A DNA stretch of 11,178 nucleotides, from contig JBMOPW010000036.1 in assembly GCA_049322915.1 (NCBI GenBank), forward strand, positions 184,441 through 195,618, read 5' to 3'. The DNA comes from Candidatus Zhuqueibacterota bacterium (GTDB taxonomy: Bacteria > Zhuqueibacterota > Zhuqueibacteria > Thermofontimicrobiales > Thermofontimicrobiaceae). Positions 7,716-11,178 of the stretch are shown here, piece by piece. Below the pieces are notes generated by a model. The model saw only the letters and a list, made by a program, of their open reading frames with translations, searched no databases and was not told where the DNA came from. The position numbers and the translations under genes are program-made. Positions within the stretch are counted from its first letter, which is position 1. Each line of letters opens with the position of its first letter.

Positions 7716-10700
7716 ATGTTTAACCGCGAGTTCGTTATCAGGATTTTAATGCTGTTGCTGCCGATCAATTTGTTCGCGCAGCAGACCTTCACACCAGTAT
7801 CTTCTTTCTTGGGAACCCACGGCTACGAACGTGTCGGGTACTACCTGCATTCGGCAGGTGATATGAACAAAGACGGTTACGACGATTTTATGATTGGGAC
7901 GTTTCACAACGAAAAGTACGGATATAATACCGGCGCCGTCTATTTGATCATGGGCAAGAGCAGCGTTGATTACGGCCAGAATGTTTCGCTGAGCAGCGCG
8001 GACGCCATTTTCTACGGGAGCGGCGAAGACGAGGCTGTGGGCTATTATCTGGGCGGTAACGGTGACATCAATGGCGATGGGTACGACGATATTGTCATCG
8101 GGGCCGGCGGCGGTTACATTTATCTGGTTTTTGGCAAAGCATCGCCGAATTGGGGGGCTGATTTCAAATTGAAATCGAGAGCGGACGCCTCGTTCATTGA
8201 AGAAAATGATGGTGATTTTGGCGCAGTTTCCGCGGCGATCATCGGTGACATGAATGGCGATGGGTACGACGATTTCATTTGTGGCGCGCCGTTCAGCGAT
8301 CACGGCGCGACGGACGCCGGCAAAGCCTACGTCATCCTGGGCAAAGGCTCAGGTTGGGACCGCAACAATAATATCGCTTACGCGGACGCCTCGTTCATCT
8401 GCGGGCTTGAAGGCTACCGGCTCGGTTATTCCGTCGATGGCGTGGGCGACGTCAACGGCGATGGCATCCCCGATTTTGGCATCCTCGCCAACTGGGGCGG
8501 CAAGGTGTACATTTTCTTTGGCCGGCGTGAAGTGGACTGGGGGATGAACATGCACGTCGAAAACGCTGACGTCATCCTGGAGCGCGAGCCGGACAAAAGC
8601 TGGTATCTGTGGCGGGTGTCCCGCGCCGGCGATGTGAACAATGATGGCTATGATGATATTTTGATCGGCGAACCCTGGAATGATCAGTACCGCGACACTG
8701 CAGGCAAAGTGCATTTGGTGCTGGGCAGAAACAGCGGCTGGATCAGCAGTCTCTCCGATGCGGATGCCTCATTTCTTGGCGAAGCCGAAGGTGACGAAGC
8801 AGGCTGGGATGTGCAGGACGCCGGGGATGTCAATGGCGATGGCTACGACGATTTTCTCATCGGCGCCTGGTATAATGACCAGAACGGAGCTGACGCCGGA
8901 AAAATGTATTTGATCAAAGGCAAGGCGTCCGGCTGGCAGAGAAATGTGTCCCTGTCTGAAATCGATGATTATTTTGTGGGCGAACATGCCGGCGATTATG
9001 CGGGCTTCGCTGTGGCCACGGCCGGGGATATCAACGCGGACGGTTTGAATGATGTGTTCACCTCTGCCACGTATTACAGCCAGGTCTATGAATGGGGGGG
9101 CAAAATTTATGTGTTCAAATCCAGCAACAGCGAGCCAACGCTGATAGTCGAACCTACGACGCTGGATTTTGGCGGCGCCGCGACGATCATGACATTCACG
9201 GTGAAGAATAGCGGCGGTGGGGAACTGGACTGGACAGCGGCTGAGAACCCGAATGAGACATGGATCAAGTCAGTGACTCCGGCCAGCGGCAGTCTGGGCG
9301 CCGGAGCGAGTCAGACCGTGACCGTGACAGTGGATCGCAGCGGACTGAGCGTGGGGGATTACAGCGGCGTCATCGCGGTCAATTCCAATGGCGGCGCAGA
9401 AAATGTGCTGGTGCAGATGAATGTTCCCGGCCCGGCAGAATTGACAGTGATTCCGACTGAGATTGATTTTGGCAGCGCATTGAACAACATGACTTTCGAG
9501 GTACAGAATAGCGGCGGCGGGACCCTGGACTGGACAGCCGCGGAGAATCCGAACCAGACATGGATCACGGCGATGACGCCGGCGAGCGGCAGCCTGGCAG
9601 CGGATGGCAAGACCGTGGTGACGGTGACGGTGAGTCGCAGCGGTCTGGCCGAAGGGAATTACAGCGGGACAATCACAGTGACGTCCAATGGCGGGAGCCA
9701 GAATGTGGCGGTCAGCATGACCGTGGCGGCGACCCCGGCCTACACGCAGCGGGTGAACTGCGGCGGGAGTTCCAGCTACACCGACGGGAGTAGCCAGGTC
9801 TGGGCAGCGGACAAAGCCTACACGTCGGGGACCTGGGGTTACGTGGGCGGGCGAACCTACTCGACATCCCACGCCATCGCCAATACGACGGATGATGCGC
9901 TGTATCAGCGGGAGCGCTGGGAGACGACATTCAGCTATCGGTTCGATGTGGTGAGCGGCAATTACACAGTGATCCTGCATTTTGCCGAGATCTATTTTCA
10001 GCAAGCGGGTCAGCGCATCTTCGATGTTTCGCTGGAAGGCTCGGTGGTTCTGAATGATTATGATATTTACGCCGAGGCGGGACACGACGCGGCGACGTGG
10101 AAGTCGTATCAGGTCTCTGTGTCGGACGGGCGATTGGACATTGATTTTTCAACGACTGAGGACGCCGCCAAAATATCAGCGATTGAGGTGTTGTCAGCGA
10201 CAGGCGCTCCGAGCAATCCGGTTTTATCAGTGACGCCGACGACGCTCAATTTCGGCGCGACGACGACGAGCATGACATTCACCGTGAAGAACGCTGGCGG
10301 CGGCAGCCTGGACTGGACGGCTGCGGAGAATCCGAATGAGTCATGGATCACTTCGGTCAATCCAGGCAGCGGCAGTCTGGGCGCAGGCGCGAGCCAGACC
10401 GTGACCGTGACGGTGGATCGCAGCGGACTGAGCGAGGGGGATTACAGCGGCATCATCGCGGTTAATTCCAATGGCGGCGCGGCGAATGTGACGGTGCAGA
10501 TGAACGTCGCGGCCGGGCCGGCGCTGGCTGTGAACCCGACGGAGCTTGCTTTTGGCTCATCACTGACCAACATGACTTTCGAAGTACAGAATAACGGCGG
10601 CGGGACCCTGGACTGGACAGCCGAGGAGAATCCGAACCAGACATGGATCACGGCGATGACGCCGGCGAGCGGCAGCCTGACCGCGGATGGCAAGACCGTG

Positions 10701-11178
10701 GTGACCGTGACGGTGAGTCGCAGCGGTCTGGCTGAAGGGAATTACAGCGGGACAATCACAGTGACGTCCAACGCCGGGAGCCAGAACGTGGCGGTCAGCA
10801 TGACTGTGGCGGCGACCCCGGCCTACACGCAGCGGGTGAATTGCGGCGGCAGTTCCAGCTACACCGACGGGAGTAGCCAGGTCTGGGCGGCGGACAAAGC
10901 CTACACGTCGGGGACCTGGGGCTACGTGGGCGGGCGAACCTACTCGACATCCCACGCCATCGCCAATACGACGGATGATGCACTGTATCAGCGGGAGCGC
11001 TGGGAGACGTCGTTCAGCTATCGGTTCGATGTGGTGAGCGGCAATTACACGGTGATCCTGCATTTTGCCGAGATCTATTTTCAGCAAGCGGGTCAGCGCA
11101 TCTTCGATGTTTCGCTGGAAGGCTCGGTGGTTCTGAATGATTATGATATTTACGCCGAGGCGGGACACGACGCGGCGA
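7716..11178 (+). CDS. Large secreted/surface protein: signal peptide, 7 FG-GAP repeats, [BACON-BACON-malectin] x2; 3' truncated by the window
   Basis: GAGGAG RBS at 7703-7708 and ATG at 7716. The frame is open to the window end by hand translation. Signal peptide MFNREFVIRILMLLLPINLFA|QQ. Seven Dx-N-x-DGxxD loops. Ig-like units PTTLDFG..FTVKNSGGGxLDW..SGSL..G.Y.G.I.V.SNGG. Malectin-like RVNCGG..LYQRER..YTVILHFAEIYF..GQRIFDV. Confidence 0.9.
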   Translation, partial: MFNREFVIRILMLLLPINLFAQQTFTPVSSFLGTHGYERVGYYLHSAGDMNKDGYDDFMIGTFHNEKYGYNTGAVYLIMGKSSVDYGQNVSLSSADAIFYGSGEDEAVGYYLGGNGDINGDGYDDIVIGAGGGYIYLVFGKASPNWGADFKLKSRADASFIEENDGDFGAVSAAIIGDMNGDGYDDFICGAPFSDHGATDAGKAYVILGKGSGWDRNNNIAYADASFICGLEGYRLGYSVDGVGDVNGDGIPDFGILANWGGKVYIFFGRREVDWGMNMHVENADVILEREPDKSWYLWRVSRAGDVNNDGYDDILIGEPWNDQYRDTAGKVHLVLGRNSGWISSLSDADASFLGEAEGDEAGWDVQDAGDVNGDGYDDFLIGAWYNDQNGADAGKMYLIKGKASGWQRNVSLSEIDDYFVGEHAGDYAGFAVATAGDINADGLNDVFTSATYYSQVYEWGGKIYVFKSSNSEPTLIVEPTTLDFGGAATIMTFTVKNSGGGELDWTAAENPNETWIKSVTPASGSLGAGASQTVTVTVDRSGLSVGDYSGVIAVNSNGGAENVLVQMNVPGPAELTVIPTEIDFGSALNNMTFEVQNSGGGTLDWTAAENPNQTWITAMTPASGSLAADGKTVVTVTVSRSGLAEGNYSGTITVTSNGGSQNVAVSMTVAATPAYTQRVNCGGSSSYTDGSSQVWAADKAYTSGTWGYVGGRTYSTSHAIANTTDDALYQRERWETTFSYRFDVVSGNYTVILHFAEIYFQQAGQRIFDVSLEGSVVLNDYDIYAEAGHDAATWKSYQVSVSDGRLDIDFSTTEDAAKISAIEVLSATGAPSNPVLSVTPTTLNFGATTTSMTFTVKNAGGGSLDWTAAENPNESWITSVNPGSGSLGAGASQTVTVTVDRSGLSEGDYSGIIAVNSNGGAANVTVQMNVAAGPALAVNPTELAFGSSLTNMTFEVQNNGGGTLDWTAEENPNQTWITAMTPASGSLTADGKTVVTVTVSRSGLAEGNYSGTITVTSNAGSQNVAVSMTVAATPAYTQRVNCGGSSSYTDGSSQVWAADKAYTSGTWGYVGGRTYSTSHAIANTTDDALYQRERWETSFSYRFDVVSGNYTVILHFAEIYFQQAGQRIFDVSLEGSVVLNDYDIYAEAGHDAA
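7860..9120 (+). repeat. Seven FG-GAP / integrin-alpha-type beta-propeller repeats (protein-level)
   Basis: In-frame Ca-binding loops at 7860 DMNKDGYDD, 8064 DINGDGYDD, 8247 DMNGDGYDD, 8448 DVNGDGIPD, 8631 DVNNDGYDD, 8826 DVNGDGYDD and 9027 DINADGLND. Each is followed by a G-x-V/I-Y-L-x-x-G-like strand. Confidence 0.88.
9140..11178 (+). repeat. Intragenic tandem duplication, period 1083 bp (361 aa; BACON-BACON-malectin)
   Basis: ATGACATTCAC occurs at 9189 and 10272. 9721-10095 versus 10804-11178 differ at only 9 positions by my count. The second copy is cut off by the window end. Confidence 0.95.

Noticed and set aside
7746..11168. Many ORF-track entries here (e.g. 9270-10085, 10560-11168, 7746-8303 on the minus strand)
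   Set aside because: Antisense or off-frame shadows of the long + strand FG-GAP/BACON/malectin gene. They recur only because of the 1083-bp duplication.
9140..11178. Diversity-generating retroelement TR/VR pair
   Set aside because: Mismatches between copies are not adenine-specific and, in the malectin block, are mostly synonymous third positions. Both copies are in frame within one gene, and no reverse transcriptase is present in the window.

Overview
Bacterial window with six + strand genes and no mobile element, tRNA/rRNA or CRISPR array that I can see. In order: a lipoprotein cyclophilin PPIase (164-850); a membrane protein combining a degenerate PP2C-like phosphatase domain, one TM helix and two LytR_C-like domains (~1380-3245); a NamZ/DUF1343 exo-beta-N-acetylmuramidase lipoprotein (3329-4573); an overlapping class I SAM methyltransferase (~4566-5171); an unknown TPR protein ending in a beta-clamp-like motif QIDMF (5269-6723); and, after a ~1 kb hairpin-rich spacer with a strong sigma70-like promoter, a large secreted protein missing from the ORF track (7716 to beyond the window end, >=1154 aa). 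That last protein has seven FG-GAP repeats followed by a tandemly duplicated 1083-bp BACON-BACON-malectin unit. The best candidates for undescribed biology are the PP2C-pseudophosphatase-TM-LytR_C protein next to namZ and the TPR protein with a possible clamp-binding tail. All domain calls were made by eye from motifs, with no database search.
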